A stretch of DNA of 64,000 nucleotides, taken from Camelus ferus. Taxonomy: Eukaryota. Below the pieces are notes generated by a model. The model saw nothing but the letters and a program-made list of their open reading frames with translations, had not been told where the DNA came from and did no database searches. Made by a program: the position numbers and the translations under genes. Positions 13,246-27,099 of the stretch are shown piece after piece. The stretch covers positions 36,334,001 through 36,398,000 of the forward strand of contig NC_045697.1 in NCBI RefSeq assembly GCF_009834535.1, in the 5' to 3' direction. Position 1 is the first letter of the stretch; each line of letters begins with the position of its first letter.

Positions 13246-16200
13246 TCATTATCTTTTATTAATACATTGGTTCAACATATATTTCTGTGCTAGAGACTGT
13301 CCTTATTGCTAAGAATAAACCCGTGAACAAATCAGACAAAAATCTCTGTCCTCTTGGCCAACAAATAAAGAAGACAAATGACTCCTGGGTGCTCTCCTAA
13401 TTATTCAGCCCATTACATGTCATTCCCTTCTTAAGGAATGGGGGGATCTTTTATGCATATGATTAACATTTTTATACAATAACATCTTCTGACACATTAA
13501 ATGTTAACATTAAATACATGGAAACAAATTTTCACATGAAATAGGATCAAATCTAACACTGCTGTGAGCTCCATTTATTTGTTAACACATCGTACTGCAG
13601 GTGATTGCAGTGTGATCCTTGGACACATAGAGCTTTGTCTATGAAGAGAGAGTCATAAAACAATTATACAAACAATTACTTAATAACTACTGTAATAAGC
13701 AGTACTAAGGAAATAAAATGTCTTGAAACTGTAAAAGGCTCTATGTGATACGTAACTGCCTACCTCTCCAACCCTGTCTCCTGGACTGACGATGAAAGAA
13801 TTAAAAAGGCTGAGAATACACATAATCCATTCATAATATAACTCTCTTTTGGAGAGACCTCAAGAAATGGAAATCATCATAGAAAGTCATTAGGTCTACT
13901 TAGATTTCTATTACAATAACCATATGTTCAATTTAAAGATAAGAGTGTCTTCAAGTCAAAAACATACTTAAACTTTTTATGCAGTTAGTATTTTCCTAGC
14001 TCAGACTTGGACTCAATGACCATATTTACATAACGCCACCTTCCCACATAAGGCATGAGATCCAAAGGACCAAATGGATATATTTCATAACAGGAAATGA
14101 CAACAGAACACTATTGTGAATTAGCAATTATTCACTCCTGCTGCTCCATTCTACTCTCTTCTGTATTAACTTTTTCTTACACACAGTAATGTTTCCTTAG
14201 ATATGTCATGAAAGCAGGGGGGGTGTTAGTAAAAATCCATAACATGCTAATTGGAATTTATTAAAAGAGTACTTCATATAAATTCTTTGAAATATAGCCT
14301 AGTGACTTTTTTAAAATATAAATTTAATCACAACCTTGCATAAAGAAAGTCAAAATCAACTAATCAACCACTAAAAATGCTATAGTGAGACTAACAACTT
14401 GAGAAAACTTCTCAGTTCATATTAGCTAAAACTGCAAGCAACTAGAACCAGGTGTTGAAAAAGTAATAGACGGCACGTTCATTCATATCTCACGTTACAA
14501 AAAAAAAAAACTTGTCAGGCAGATTTACATGGTGATTTTTAAAATGTCAACTCAGAAAGCTTTGCAATACTTTTTTTTTAAGCCATAAAAAACAAGGGTT
14601 ATTTTATGTCAAGACTGCATAATATCAACTCTTTGAAACATGACAATTTTGAAATTTGAAAAATGGCTTTCAAGTAAAAAAATCTACTAGGCTTTCTTTT
14701 CTTTTTTCATAGTTTTGAAGAAAGAGAAACAGGCTTCTGATTTTAATTTAGTTAAGAAGAAAACCCAAAGCTTTATCAATCATCAATTCTATGTATATAT
14801 TAAAACTCTTATTAAAATAGAATTATCTCTTGGGAGAAAAGGGATGTATTTGGAAAATAAAAGGATTTAGCATCTTAATACTGTCTGTGATCCTTACAAT
14901 ATTGAATTCAATTGTATTCAAATGCATTATGGAGCCTATTTTTCCATTTACTACATACATTAGACATCATAACTTTCTGAACCTGTTTTGTGGCTTGGTA
15001 AGATATATTTAAAATACTTCCACATATGGTTCTTGGTTAATGTTCTTAAAATAAAGAGGATTCTGTCATTGTGAGGTTTTATTTAATCCCTAAATTGTGT
15101 CTTAACTGGTAGAAAGCAACCACCACCAGATATTTTTGTCTAAAATGGAATATTTAGCTAGTAAATGTTTTTTTTTAATTCTTGCTATAAGAAGTAATAA
15201 TACTGTCATTGTATGTTTTTTTGTTCATCATTGCCATGAAAACCCAGTGTGTAAAATCTGAATAAACAAAGTTATGTTTTAAGACTTATATCCCCAGAAA
15301 TCAAATATCAGCATTTCATGTCTCCTTTTTAACCATTTTTCTAATATAATAAAGGCAAAGGATTTTAAAATATTTAAATATAATATGTTCTGCTAGGACT
15401 CTGGTTTATTAGCTCACACACAATTGGTAAAAAGGAATAATTTTTATATTACACAAAAATCACATCTTTTCATTTGTCATTTTTTTTTTTGTTCTTTTAA
15501 CATTTCATGTCACCAAATAACAGCCGTTGAACACAAAGTAAACAAACACAGCTGAACACTGCAAGCCAGCAGAACTGAGCACAGCATACAGTGCCCATGC
15601 ATCCCTGTTCTTCCTCGTGGCTCTACGTGGCCACGTGTCCTCTTGAAAGTGCTTCCAGTTTGGTTCTCTCTGACCTTTAGTGCACTTTGCCTTTGCCTCC
15701 AAAACAAAACAGCCTCAACTCCTCTTTACATCCCCTTCCAGGAAGCTACCTTCAGTCCTATATATGCTATAACACTTCTTTATTTACAGGAATTTGGCCT
15801 CTCTTTTTAACTGTGCAAGTATTTTTATCAAGATTTTTATTGTTTTCATTAGTGCTGTATTGCAAATTTGTAGAGATTTTTGAATGGGTCTCTGGTAATA
15901 CTTTTTTTATCATGAACCCTGATAACTAGTATGTGATTTTGCAAAACAAGTTTTCCAGGAATGCATATAAAGCACAGCAAAAGCACTCCTACTAACACAT
16001 AGACAAAGGCGGCAACTCTATTAAAAGTAGACTATTGGTTGGTGGGCAGCACTATCAGAGAAAACGTCAAATATGAATTCACAGGGGACATAAGAGACAT
16101 AAGAGAGCCAAAATCTTGGGTACAAAAGATGGTTTTGGAGTTTCGTAAATAATGTACAAAAGGTTCAGAGGGTAGAGTGAGCACAGAGATTTACATCCTC

Positions 16201-16299
16201 TTCTTGTTCCATCAGGATGACAGAAGGGAATAAAAATGGACAGGAACATACAACAACAGAGATTGTGAGATAGTCCATAGGCAGACAGAACATTTCAAA

Positions 16300-17600
16300 C
16301 ACTTTTCCTCCCCATCTGCTGGTTATCTTTGTAACTCACATGAAATACGTAAACTTTCTTTTTTGTTCTGTCAACTAGAGATGGTATCCTACGGCTTTTT
16401 GTCTTCTGAGCAGAGGATATTAACCTCCTTTCCCTTCCCTCTACTTCTTGTTTCCCCCTTTCATTTTTCAGATCATCTGTACTTTAATTTTCACCTGGCA
16501 AAGATTTTGTATTTTGTTCTGTAACCATAATTTAGTCTTATATACTTTTTCTACAGTTTGATTCAAAAAGTGAATGGTGTTTGCATCATCACGAATTATA
16601 TGACTATTAATGCAGAGCTAAATTACGGGTTATGATTACATCGCCTTATGCGTATAACACACTTTGGTCCTAGAATGCTTGACGGGCTTTTTGGGAGGAG
16701 GGAGGAGGGAGAGCATTCTTTGCCTTAATCAAAGCTTTAAAGTCTCCTAATTTCAAATATAGTCTTATCTTTGAAGTCTGTTTTTTTTTTTTTTTTAATT
16801 GAGGTGCAGTTGATTCATGGGTTTTGGGTTTTTTTTCCCCTCCTGAATACTTTACTACCAAACCCTTTCATTCTCCAGTTCCATCATGGGCAGGCTGTTC
16901 TCCAGACCTTCCTGCATAGCAATCTGGAACTTCTTTTATGGCTCTACTCTACTGGGACACTGTTTCATTAAATCCCTAATTTTTCTATTTTGTGGTGCTG
17001 TCTTGTTTTGCTGGATACTCTCAAGTAACTTATTCAGAAAAGGTGTGTGGAAAGCAAAGTTCTTTTATCTCTGGAAAGGCTTTTTCTTGCCCTCAAAGTT
17101 GAATAATAGTTTCTCTGGGTCTACAAGTCTACACTGAAAATAATGCATTGCTTCCTCATCTTCTGGCTCCGGGTTGCTGACAAGAAACGTGTGCTCATCT
17201 CACTCTCGTTGCTTTGTAGATGAGCTTCTTTTCTTTCATCTTAGGGCCCTTAGATCTTCTCATTCTCTTGTACTCTGAGGAGTCACAGCGATTGTGTCTG
17301 GCTTAGAGGTTTCTTATTCTTTTCACTTGCTTCTCAGCTAAGCCTATTCTGTTTGATACGTCTTCCTTCACATCTGGGAAAGTCTCCCATTCCTTGTTTG
17401 CTAATTTCCTGTCCTCTGCTTACTCACTCTTTCTGCAATTTCTTATAGTTCTTGGACCTCTGAATTGGTTCTCCATAGCTCTTTCCTTTTGTATCATATT
17501 TTCAATGTTCTATTCTTTCTACGTTTTAGGGGATTTTCTTGATTTACCTTTAAACTTTCGTTGAATTTTAGTTTTACAATAATATCCCTATTTCTAAGAG
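16300..17600 (-). mobile_element. Highly diverged ancient L1 (L1ME/L1M5-like) fragments
   Basis: T-rich strand with decayed L1 ORF1-region motifs (TTGAATAATAGTTTCTCTGGGTCTACAAGTCTA; TCTGGGAAAGT). Boundaries uncertain. Confidence 0.45.
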
Positions 17601-17605
17601 CTTCT

Positions 17606-17765
17606 TTTTTATTGAGCTTTATTGAGATATAACTCACATGTCATAAAATTTACCCTTAAAATGCACAATTCACTGGTTTTTAGTATATTCACAGAGGTAT
17701 ACAATCATCACCACTGTATAATTTCAGAACATTTTCATCATCCCAAAAAGAAAGCCTGTACTCAA
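17606..17765 (-). mobile_element. L1MB-like 3' end fragment
   Basis: GAGCTTTATTGAGATATAACTCACATGTCATAAAATTTACCC...ATTTCAGAACATTTTCATCATCCCAAAAAG. Confidence 0.65.
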
Positions 17766-17944
17766 ATTTCCTCAGTTATTAAAAAGATATACAGCTATTA
17801 ATTCATGCATATTAGAATATAGCCTGAATAAAATTTTCAATTGCAAGATATAACTCTACTTAGTTATACTAGGAAACTGAGAAATAATAGAAATAATAGA
17901 ATTCTGGCTTTTTCACATATAGTAATACTATGGTATGCACTAAA

Positions 17945-18705
17945 ATAATTTTTTAAATTGAAGTATAAATTCCTGGAAGGTGACAGAAGAAGAGAAGAGT
18001 ACAAAATCATGGAGCAAAACAATAAAAATAATCCTCCTCCCCTTCCCCCACCAAAGACTGCCTAGGATATGTGACAAGGCACTGAAGCAAAGAGGGACCA
18101 CCTGCCCAGAAGATACAAGCAATTCCGACTCAGAAGACTCAGGGATAATGGAGGTGGAAAGTGAGGGGTATAACAGAAAGCAGAGCATACACATCTTACA
18201 TGAGCAGTTCAGTTTATTTTTACACATATGTCTATCCATGTAACCAGCACCCAGATCAAGGTATGGAATATGTCCAGTGCTCTAGAAGATTCCCTCAATA
18301 CTTATCTAGTCAATAATCCCACGGCAAACCATTACTTTTAACTCTCTTAACACAGCTTGCTTTTTGTCTGCTTTTTTGAACTTCATATAAATGGAATTAT
18401 ATGTATATACTACTTTGTGTCTAGATTTAGTTCAACATCATCCAAAATCTCAAATTCTTTTTTTCTAACTGTGTTTTATTGTGCTAAATGACTATAATAG
18501 TTTTTCTATCCATTCTACTGTGAAGAATATTTAGGTTTTACAGTTCAGGACCATTATAAATAATGATGCTCTGAACATTCTAATACAAATGCCTTTTGGT
18601 AGACTCATTTCGATATGCCCAGGTGTGAAACTACTGGGTCGGTGTATACTAAGCTTAGCTTGATACTATCAACAGTTTTCCATGGTTGTATCATTATTAT
18701 CCACA
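17945..18705 (-). mobile_element. Ancient L1ME-like 3' end, with an unrelated ~200-bp purine-rich segment inside (about 17970-18170)
   Basis: TTTTAAATTGAAGTATAA...CATGTAACCAGCACCCAGATCAAG...TTGAACTTCATATAAATGGAAT is typical of L1ME in reverse orientation. Confidence 0.5.
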
Positions 18706-20241
18706 CATTTAAAATTTGACCAAATTTGATGTAACTTTAAAAATATACATACAATGTTTTAAATGAGGTACAATTTTATAAAGTTTCTTTTCTGGTATTG
18801 TACGGTGGGTAGCCAAAGCCCTAATAATGGAGAGGAGAGAGAAAAAGTCACAATGGAAACCACTTTGCCATACTCTTAGTACTCTTCTTTATTTTATTTT
18901 TCTCATTATTTGTTTACTTGCTTATTTAGTTTCCTACCTAATTACACAGGAAAAGGCTTGGAAGGCAAGATACTAATTCAGGAACAAACTGAAGAGTAAG
19001 ACAATAGGGAGGGGGTGGACATTTACTTTTTATTTTACTAATGTTATGATATGAATTTTCTAGAAGCATATACCAGTATTGCTTTTTAAACAGTCTCTTG
19101 GCTCTGAAATATAATAATGCCTGTCTCACATAAAATAAACAGACATGTATTTTTCTCTGGGAAATTTGAGTCTGTTGCTATCACTGACTTGTACAATGGA
19201 GGAAGCATTGTCTTTCAACAGAGAAAGAAATATAAGAGTAATAATAACTGCTGGCTTCCCACCTCTATTGAGGTCAAAGGACAAAGAAATATGGTTCATA
19301 TGCAGGTGGAGAGATTTAAGTCAGACATGAGAAAAAAATTCTACAATCGTGATGAATATTAGACATTGAAACAAGTTATTAAAGGGGAAAGAGGGAAGAC
19401 ATTATAAATCTTCTCCCGCAGGGATTTGAAGGGCAGTATATACAGCCATCTGTATAGCGAAACTCGAATAAAACCCAGCTGGGAATCGATGTCCATTTTT
19501 ATAACACTATAAATACTGAAGAAGGTTTTCTGGGATATCCTTTAAATAATACATGTTTCTTGTTACACAAATTTTTGAGCTGTACAGTATTGCAAAGATA
19601 GAATAAGAAACTAATGTGAAAAGAGCATTTTAATTATATGAATCAATTCAATCAAATGGGTCCAAAATTGAGAAATCCTATTGCAAGATATGTCTTCAGG
19701 ATAGTATAGAATAAAGGATAACTGCTGCAGGACCAGGGGTCACAAACAGAAAATAAACAGCTCTCCCTGAAATTTATACAAAATAGTGAAATACAAAACC
19801 ACCAGAAACATTTACGACTTGGCTTTCTTTGGAAATGCAGCCTTCCAGAGACTAACTTAAACACTGCATCAATGTTTATAAACTCAGCAGAGAGCATGGA
19901 AAGGAGCCAATTATCCCTGTTATCCAGGAAGCAGATTACTAGCCTGCCAGGTAAGGAGCCTTTCCATGGTGGGTCCACTCTGGTTTGGAAACGGGAGCCT
20001 CCAAATAAAGTAACTCCCACCCCACAGCCATGGATCTTCTCTTAGAGTTTTTAACCTCCCACCCATATTCTCATATGCTGAGGATTCCTTCCATTGAGAA
20101 AATAGAAAGATTCATAAGAGGAAGAGGAGGAGGGGGAAAAAAGAAGAAAAAGATGCACCAATTAAAGTCTAAAATATAGAGCCAGAGGGCAGATGCTTGA
20201 AGAAGGGAGATTAGAAATTCACATTTCCATTTTACAGATGA

Positions 20242-20344
20242 TAGGGGGGAGGGTAGAGCTCAGTAGTAGAGTGCAGGCTTAGCATGCTCAAGGTCCTGGG
20301 TCCAATTACCAGTACCTCCATTAAAAAAAGAAAAAGAAACAAAA
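20242..20344 (+). mobile_element. Camelid tRNA-derived SINE (Vic-1-like), inserted in a MIR core
   Basis: GGGGGGAGGGTAGAGCTCAGTAGTAGAGTGCAGGCTTAGCATGCTCAAGGTCCTGGGTCCAATTACCAGTACCTCC plus A tail. TSD CCATTTT(A/G)CAGATGA (20227-20241 / 20345-20359). Confidence 0.88.
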
Positions 20345-21237
20345 CCATTTTGCAGATGAGGAAACAGAGAAACAGAGGCAACTCAAGTTCTATTTTAGGC
20401 GATGCAGTATAAGAAAGAAATATTTGTTTAGTGACATTAAGACTTTCAGGCATTATTAAGTACTAATTCAATAAAAAGGATTTCTGCCTCTTTCAGATTC
20501 TCTTCTTCACACCCCTAAATGGATGCATTCCTTACAGCTCTGCCTTCAGCCCTCTTCTCACTCATTCTACCTTCTTTTCCTGGATGATCAACCTTACATT
20601 ATATTTCATTTAGAAATTCACTACTTAGGCGCCATCATAATCACTAGGTAACTAAATCACCAATCTATTTTCCACTTCTGGAAATCATTACCCCAGTTAC
20701 ATGTTTCCCAACTAAGATGATCAGGGAACAATCCTACAGACAGTGTATTCCACCCCTTCACCTGGTAGAATACTCTTCCTATGCAATTGTATGACCACTG
20801 GTCATTATTTTTATAATGTGTTTTATCTGCCCAGGAGACAATAAATAATTTTATCACATGATACCCATCTTTTACAGAACACCTTGAATTTCATAAACAT
20901 TATGTTTCATATAAATCATTTCATCTAATTGTCAAGTTAGCAGATAACAGAATACTCCTTTTGAAGGCAGAGAAACAGATTCAGAAAAGTTAATTAATTT
21001 GATCATTTGAAAACAAGACACTATTTTTTATATTTCCTATCCCCTACAAGGACCTAATTATATAGTATGCAACTTCATAAATATCTTTAAAATTAATGAA
21101 AACAATTTTCTATTACCTCTAAATCTGGATAATATATAGAGAAAATTTCAGCAAGCTTTCCCCTCTTCTGTTGATTCCAATGATCTCCAGGAAACTATGC
21201 TAATGTTGTATCTCAAAGAATACAACACTCTTTTAAA

Positions 21238-22470
21238 CAATGGTTCTCAAAGGTGTTCCATGGACCCCTGGGTCCTTGAGGCACTTTCAGGCAGTCAGAA
21301 AAGTCAGAACCATTTTCTTAATACAAAGATGCTACTTGATTCTGTTACTGTCCTGTATTTGCGCTGATTGTACAAAAACAGGGGTGGGTAAAAGTGCTGG
21401 CACCTTAGCACCAATCAAAGCAGTGGCACCAAGTTAATACAAGCAGTCAGTTTCACTTCAGAATGACCATGATGCAAATGAAAATGTTACTAATTTTATC
21501 AACTCTCAGCCCTTCAAAAAAATCAATATTTGGTGTAAAGAAATGGGAAATATACAAAAAGCACTTCGGGTACCAAAGTACTACAATTGTCTTGAGGAAA
21601 AAGCACTGGTGTGATTGAGATATGAACTGCTGCTCACACTGTTTTAATGGCATAAAATTTTTCCTGGAAAAGATAACTGAAAAACTATGGTTCTTCATAC
21701 TTTTTTCCAAAAAAAAGAATGAAGTGAGCCTGTCACTCACTTCAAGGAAACCACTAACAGTTTGTATTGTCAATAACAAAACTCAAGTTTTCATTTGAAA
21801 TTATAATTTTAGAACATTTGTATCTGCCCCTATATCTTTATATTAGTATTATGTAAAAATTTTCAAATAAAATCAGTGGGGATATCAACAAATGTGGTTT
21901 TGTTATATTGTATAATATATAGTGTCAACATTGGGAAATCTGCATAATTCAGAGAAACAATATTGTCCAAATGACTAATGTACAATACTATAAAATAACA
22001 TGTGTGTAAAAGATCCACTCAAAGTAAAAGAGAGACCAATAGGTTTTAATGTAACAGAGTATGGGAAATTCAATGATATGGTTTCATATTCCACACTGTA
22101 ATTAACCCATAAGAAATTACCTCTCGTAAAATTGGTGTAGTATCAAAGAATATCTGTAATTTTCTGAATAGTTATTAAAATACTTCTCCCTTTTTCAACT
22201 ACATATCTTTGTAAGGCCAGCTTTTTTTTATATACTTTATTCAAAATAATATATCACAACAGACTGAATGAAAAAGCAGATATGAGAATACAGCTGTCTT
22301 CTATTAAACCAGACATTAGAGATGTGCAAAAATGTAAAATGGTGCCACTTTTTTCACTACATAATTTTGTTTGAGAAAATACAGTTATTTGTCCAAAAAG
22401 TTATTCATGTTAACGTGTAATAGGTTTATTATACAATTTTATATTAACTAATAAATACTTTTTAAATTTT
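21238..22470 (+). mobile_element. hAT-Charlie DNA transposon (Charlie1a-like), 3' TIR missing
   Basis: Begins CAATGGTTCTCAAAG..CCATGGACCCCTGG (Charlie TIR). Contains GGTGGGTAAAAGTGCTGGCACCTTAGCAC and CAGCTGTCTTCTATTAAACCAGACATTA, which resemble the recalled Charlie1 consensus. Confidence 0.8.
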
Positions 22471-22509
22471 CCCTGCTTGAATTCCTAATGTGATATTTTC
22501 TATCTCTCT

Positions 22510-22665
22510 CTCTATCCACTCATGCCTCCCATTGACCAAACCCAACTGAGAGGCCAAGGATAGAAAAGACTGCTGAGGCAGAACATAATGGTTAGCCTCC
22601 AGAAGCACAAATAGAGAAGGTTGGAGTGGATGTGGAAGAACAATCCAATGAGAAAATTTCAGGCA
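22510..22665 (-). mobile_element. LTR33-like ERVL LTR fragment
   Basis: GCCTCCCATTGACCAAACCCAAC...TAGCCTCC...GAGAAGGTTGGAGTGGATGTGGA resembles the LTR33 terminus in reverse orientation. Confidence 0.45.
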
Positions 22666-22764
22666 AAAATAACAAAGACCTGGATCTACAGAAGTTCCTG
22701 CTGGGGAATGGGGAGTAGGGAGGAAGAGCAATCTGAGTTGATGGGTGAAGCATGAAGCTAGAAG
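22636..22764 (+). repeat. 129-bp direct duplication, copy A (copy B at 23784-23912)
   Basis: Ungapped alignment at offset 1148 with 6 mismatches in 129 bp. Also visible as the twin ORF prefixes MLFLPTPHSPAGTSVDPGLCYFCLK. Confidence 0.95.
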
Positions 22765-22989
22765 TCAGAAAGATCTAGATAAATAGCATGCTAAGGAGTT
22801 TGGACATCATCTTGAGGCAATGGGGAACCCTCAGAGGGTTTTAGACAGGGGAATGGTCCATTCATATCTGTGTTTGTAGCTCTGTGGCTGCTCCTCCCAC
22901 CCCTAGTGGTTTGATTCCTCGAACTAGAAAGGGGCCTAATACAGACATCAGACAGACCTGGATTGTATCCTGGCTTACTTGCTGTATGT

Positions 22990-23548
22990 CTGGATCCATC
23001 AGGGCCCATGCAGAGGGCAGAAAACACACCGGTTATTTGAGCAGAGAAAATTTAATCTGCAGAATTGTTAACTGGGTAACTGAAAGATAAGAAGAAACCT
23101 CCAAGGTATCATGCAGGTAGCAACTGCTGGAAGCAGCTATCACCAGTAGGGTGGGGGAAACAAAGGGAAGAGGTTAGAATTACACCTCTCTGAGAATGAA
23201 GTGCTACTAGCTAGGCTGGCACCTCTGAGGAGGGGGTGCAGTGAGGCTGGTTCTGTGAGTATTGCGAGAACCACAAACCGGATTCAGCTGCTGCCACAGG
23301 AAGGACCTGTCTGCTGGCATGACCCTCAGAAGCAGAAGCCAAGTTCACAGGAGGCAGACAGGAAGGCAGACAGGAAGTGGATTTCCCCACTTCCAGCCTT
23401 GCAGTTTCCGTATGGCACCCCTTATCAGCATACCCTACCAGGGAGCCTGCTGAAAGGGCAGAAAGGTGGTCTGCAGGGTCCCAGCCCCAGCATCACGGAG
23501 CACAAGGGTGGGTTTAGATCTGAGACAATGACTTAACAACTGGCACAG
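22990..23548 (-). mobile_element. LTR41-like ERVL solo LTR
   Basis: Minus strand begins TGTGCCAGTTGTTAAGTCATTGTCTCAGATCTAAACCCACCC...GTGATGCTGGGGCTGGGACCCTGCAGACCAC, which resembles the recalled LTR41 consensus. Confidence 0.6.
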
Positions 23549-23564
23549 TAATCCTGGAAAAGAA

Positions 23565-23712
23565 ACTTAACCTTGAGTATCAGTTTTCCCTGTCTGTAAA
23601 TGGGTGGGGTGGGGGGAGTACCAAATTCACAAGACTACTGGGAGGATTAAATGAAACAAACTATGTAAAATGTGTTATACTACCTGAGACAAAGTAGCTA
23701 TTCAATAAAAGA
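23565..23712 (+). mobile_element. MIR fragment
   Basis: ACTTAACCTTGAGTATCAGTTTTCCCTGTCTGTAAATGGG...GAGGATTAAATGA...CTATTCAATAAA. Confidence 0.65.
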
Positions 23713-23783
23713 CAATTCCCTCCCCCATTCCCCAAACTGTGGCAAAAGCTAACACATAAAGACAGGGGTGTATGAGAGGCAAT

Positions 23784-23912
23784 AAGAACAATCCAATGAG
23801 AAACTTTCAAGCAAAAATAACAAAGACCTGGATCTACAGAAGTTCCTGCTGGGGAATGGGGAGTAGGGAGGAACAGCAATTTGAGTTGATGGGTAAAGCA
23901 TGAAGGTAGAAG
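23784..23912 (+). repeat. 129-bp direct duplication, copy B
   Basis: 95% identical to 22636-22764. Confidence 0.95.
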
Positions 23913-26900
23913 ATTTTCTTATCTTTTACACTTACCACATATCAAATGGGACATTGGGCTTATTAGGTTTTAATCTATCTGTTTTGCAAAGTTTAACAAT
24001 CTCCACACCCACTTCTCACACACACATATACACACACATGTTCCCCTTAATCCCCCCCAAAATTCTCCATAATGAAAGCAAAAGATATAAATGTGATCAG
24101 AACACAGCTGTTATTCAGCCAAAACTAGATGAACTCAAGTACCAATAATAGGAAGCAGAGTACTCTCAATGTTGAAAAACGTATATATCAAATAAAATTT
24201 TAGAGTGTTTTTTGATTTATTGCTGCTTTTCAAAGCCAGTACTGCTAAACTGTAAAGCAAAAATGATAGTGGGTGTGGCATTGGTGGGGAGCAAAAATCA
24301 CAACTTTCACCTGGGGCTTCATTAAGAGAAGTATGGTGTCCGAAAAGAGGCAAGACAACATCTTTATTCAGCTCTGGACATCACATTTTAGGACGGACAT
24401 TAACAAAGTAGAGCTTTGTCAGTGGCTCAGAACTAGAAAAAAATGTGATGGTTAAAGGTGGGAAAGGCTTGTCTTTTCACAAATGGTTGAAAGAACTCAT
24501 TATACTACTTTGGAAAAGAGAAACTGATGGTGATTATATGGAACTGACACTCCAGTGCCCCCAAAAGAGGAGAGTAAGGCAAGAAGCTGTGTAACATAAT
24601 GGATCAGATCATCATCTGGAAATGTAACTCAAGAGATTTTCCTGTGCAAGTGTGACCACAGGGGTTTGGGAATCCCAAATACCGCCAAGGTGATTTGGGG
24701 AGGTGAACAGAGTCAAGGAAGAGTCAATAGAATGTAATCATAACTAAGCTGAAAATGGAAAAACTATTTAGAATTTTGCTTAAAGAGTATGTTATCAAAA
24801 GGGAGACATTCAGTATAAAGACTATAAAAGATAAATTAAGTGGAAAGAATGAATTAGTACATTTCCCAGAAAGGGGGAAATCATCTAACTTGATTTGTTC
24901 TGATTTTACTCTCATCAAACAACCTTCCTATAATATGGTTCCCACATAGATTTTCCCACAGATAGAACATAACTGCAGCGCATCTGCTCCAGTTTGCTTG
25001 ATAATCATAACCTTCGCTCTGCTCGGAGTTTCTTTCTCCTTCAAAATTCCAGGAAATGGGTATTTTCACTGTTTTTACAGATAAATAAATTGAAATCTGG
25101 CTAAAAAGTGACAGAACTGTGATTGTCCTTCATGTGTAACCGACTTTACACTCCATCACAATTCGGAGAGTCTAAGGTCACAGAAAACCTAGAGAGATGT
25201 ATAAGAAAGTAGTGATGGTCTGGTAGTGAATACTGCAAAGAACTGAAAAAGAACTGAGGCCTGAGAGAAATGCTTACATATAGCAGTCTAGGAGACTTTC
25301 CGCAAAAAAGTGTCAGGAGCCAGACTACGCTAGATTAATTAGCAAGAAAATAATAAAGAAATAGAGGTGTCAAGCATAGAATACTCTTTCAAGAAACCTG
25401 GCTGCAAAACAAAGGACAGTGTCATAAAGAGATCTGTTTCACTTCAGCCCAAACAGGATCTTTCTGCCAGCCATTATGGCCATTCTGCAGAGAGATACGG
25501 GACAAACTGGTGAAAATCCCAAACCACAGGGTTAGTCCAGAGGAACAGATTCTCTGTAAAATGAAGAGACTGAGATGGGCACCCTCTACTCACTTCTTCT
25601 GTGAGTCAACATTTTGGGTCCAGACAGATGGGTTTCTTAGAGTCTATTTTTCACTTTCAGAATACATTTTTTCATGATGAAATGCCAGTGGGAAAAATAC
25701 AGTTCAGTTTACAATGTTTTAAAAAATCACTTTTCTGGAACATATCTATTTAGCTAACTGACAATTTAATAACAAGCTCTGGGAAAGAAGGCATATGTTT
25801 ATATGGGAAATGATAAAATGAATTTTGTTCTTTCTTTCAGCAGTTAAACTTTTCTCCCCTAAGAGAATGATGTTTATTTCTCTTGGTGCTCACGATATTT
25901 TAATATGAACTTACCTTTTACTAGGAAATTTCATATTTAAGATCTGAGGTTTCAATCATGGGATCCCTCCCAGTGAATTTAAATATAAAAAAATCTTCAA
26001 TCTAGAATTAAAATATCTGCTTAATGTCTCAAAAATACCAGAAGGCTCTATTCCAGTCAGAAAAAAATGTGTGCTTCAGTAGAATTTATAGCAGGGGTTG
26101 AGAGAACAGTGCATAGTTTAAAGTACATTTCATAGTTTTAAATGCTGCTAGAAAAAGCATTCCAGCCATCTAGGATATCAGAACATTATTTTTTTTTTAC
26201 GATAAGCAGTTTTCAAATATCAATATTTTATTATGTTTAAATTCCAGCTCTTTTCCTTACTGTTCATGGTTATGTATCTGTTAGCATACAGAAATGAGAC
26301 ATGCCAGAAATTCTGACCCGTGATATGAAGCAGAAATAAATAGCCACAGTGCGTTATCTTTTACTAAATTACAGTTGGCACATGGATAGAGTGTGATCTG
26401 GGCCAATCTTTTCGGTCCTTCATACAACAAAAGTTTGCTAACAATTGTCTGATTCTTTCCTTCTTCTTTTTTCTCTCCTCACCCTCCCCCATGTCTGGAG
26501 TTAGGGGATAAATCAAACCATCTTATCTAAATTTTTTTTGGTCGACAGAAAACTCAAATATTTAAATTGAATTCCTTATGGGGTTACCCACTTTTTTTTT
26601 CTCTTCTGTCTCTGATTATTTTTAAAAGATACAGACCTTTAGAAATGTAAAGTGTGTTGATCTTTCAGGAGTCCTGCACTGAGCAATAAAAACTGATTTA
26701 TGCTCTGTGACAGCATCATAAGGTTTTATCACTGAAATGCAATATAAATTAACCTTATCACCAGACCCTTTGTGCATTCCTACTTTTCTTTATGCACAAT
26801 ATGAATTAGTTCTTATTTCAACATATTCATGGATAAGGAACTTCTTAAGGTAAACACACTTGTTATTAATGTGCACCTAGAACTGTAGAAAGGAAAGAAA

Positions 26901-27099
26901 AAAGAAAAGAAGGAAGTGAATGCAGGGAGGGAGAAAAAGAGAGAGAGAGAGAGAAGGTAAGAGAAACTAGAACTATAGTCAAATGTCTGGGTGGTCTCAA
27001 AGTAACAACTTTATTTCTATTCGAAAACAACATGAAGGACTTCTGGCAATGGTTGTATGGAATTAGGATGATTTTATAAATAAAGAGCATATTTTCTTA

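Noticed and set aside
23395..23440. CTCF site in the LTR41-like element
   Set aside because: The corresponding sequence (TGCTGATAAGGGGTGCCATA on the minus strand) is too degenerate to support a call.
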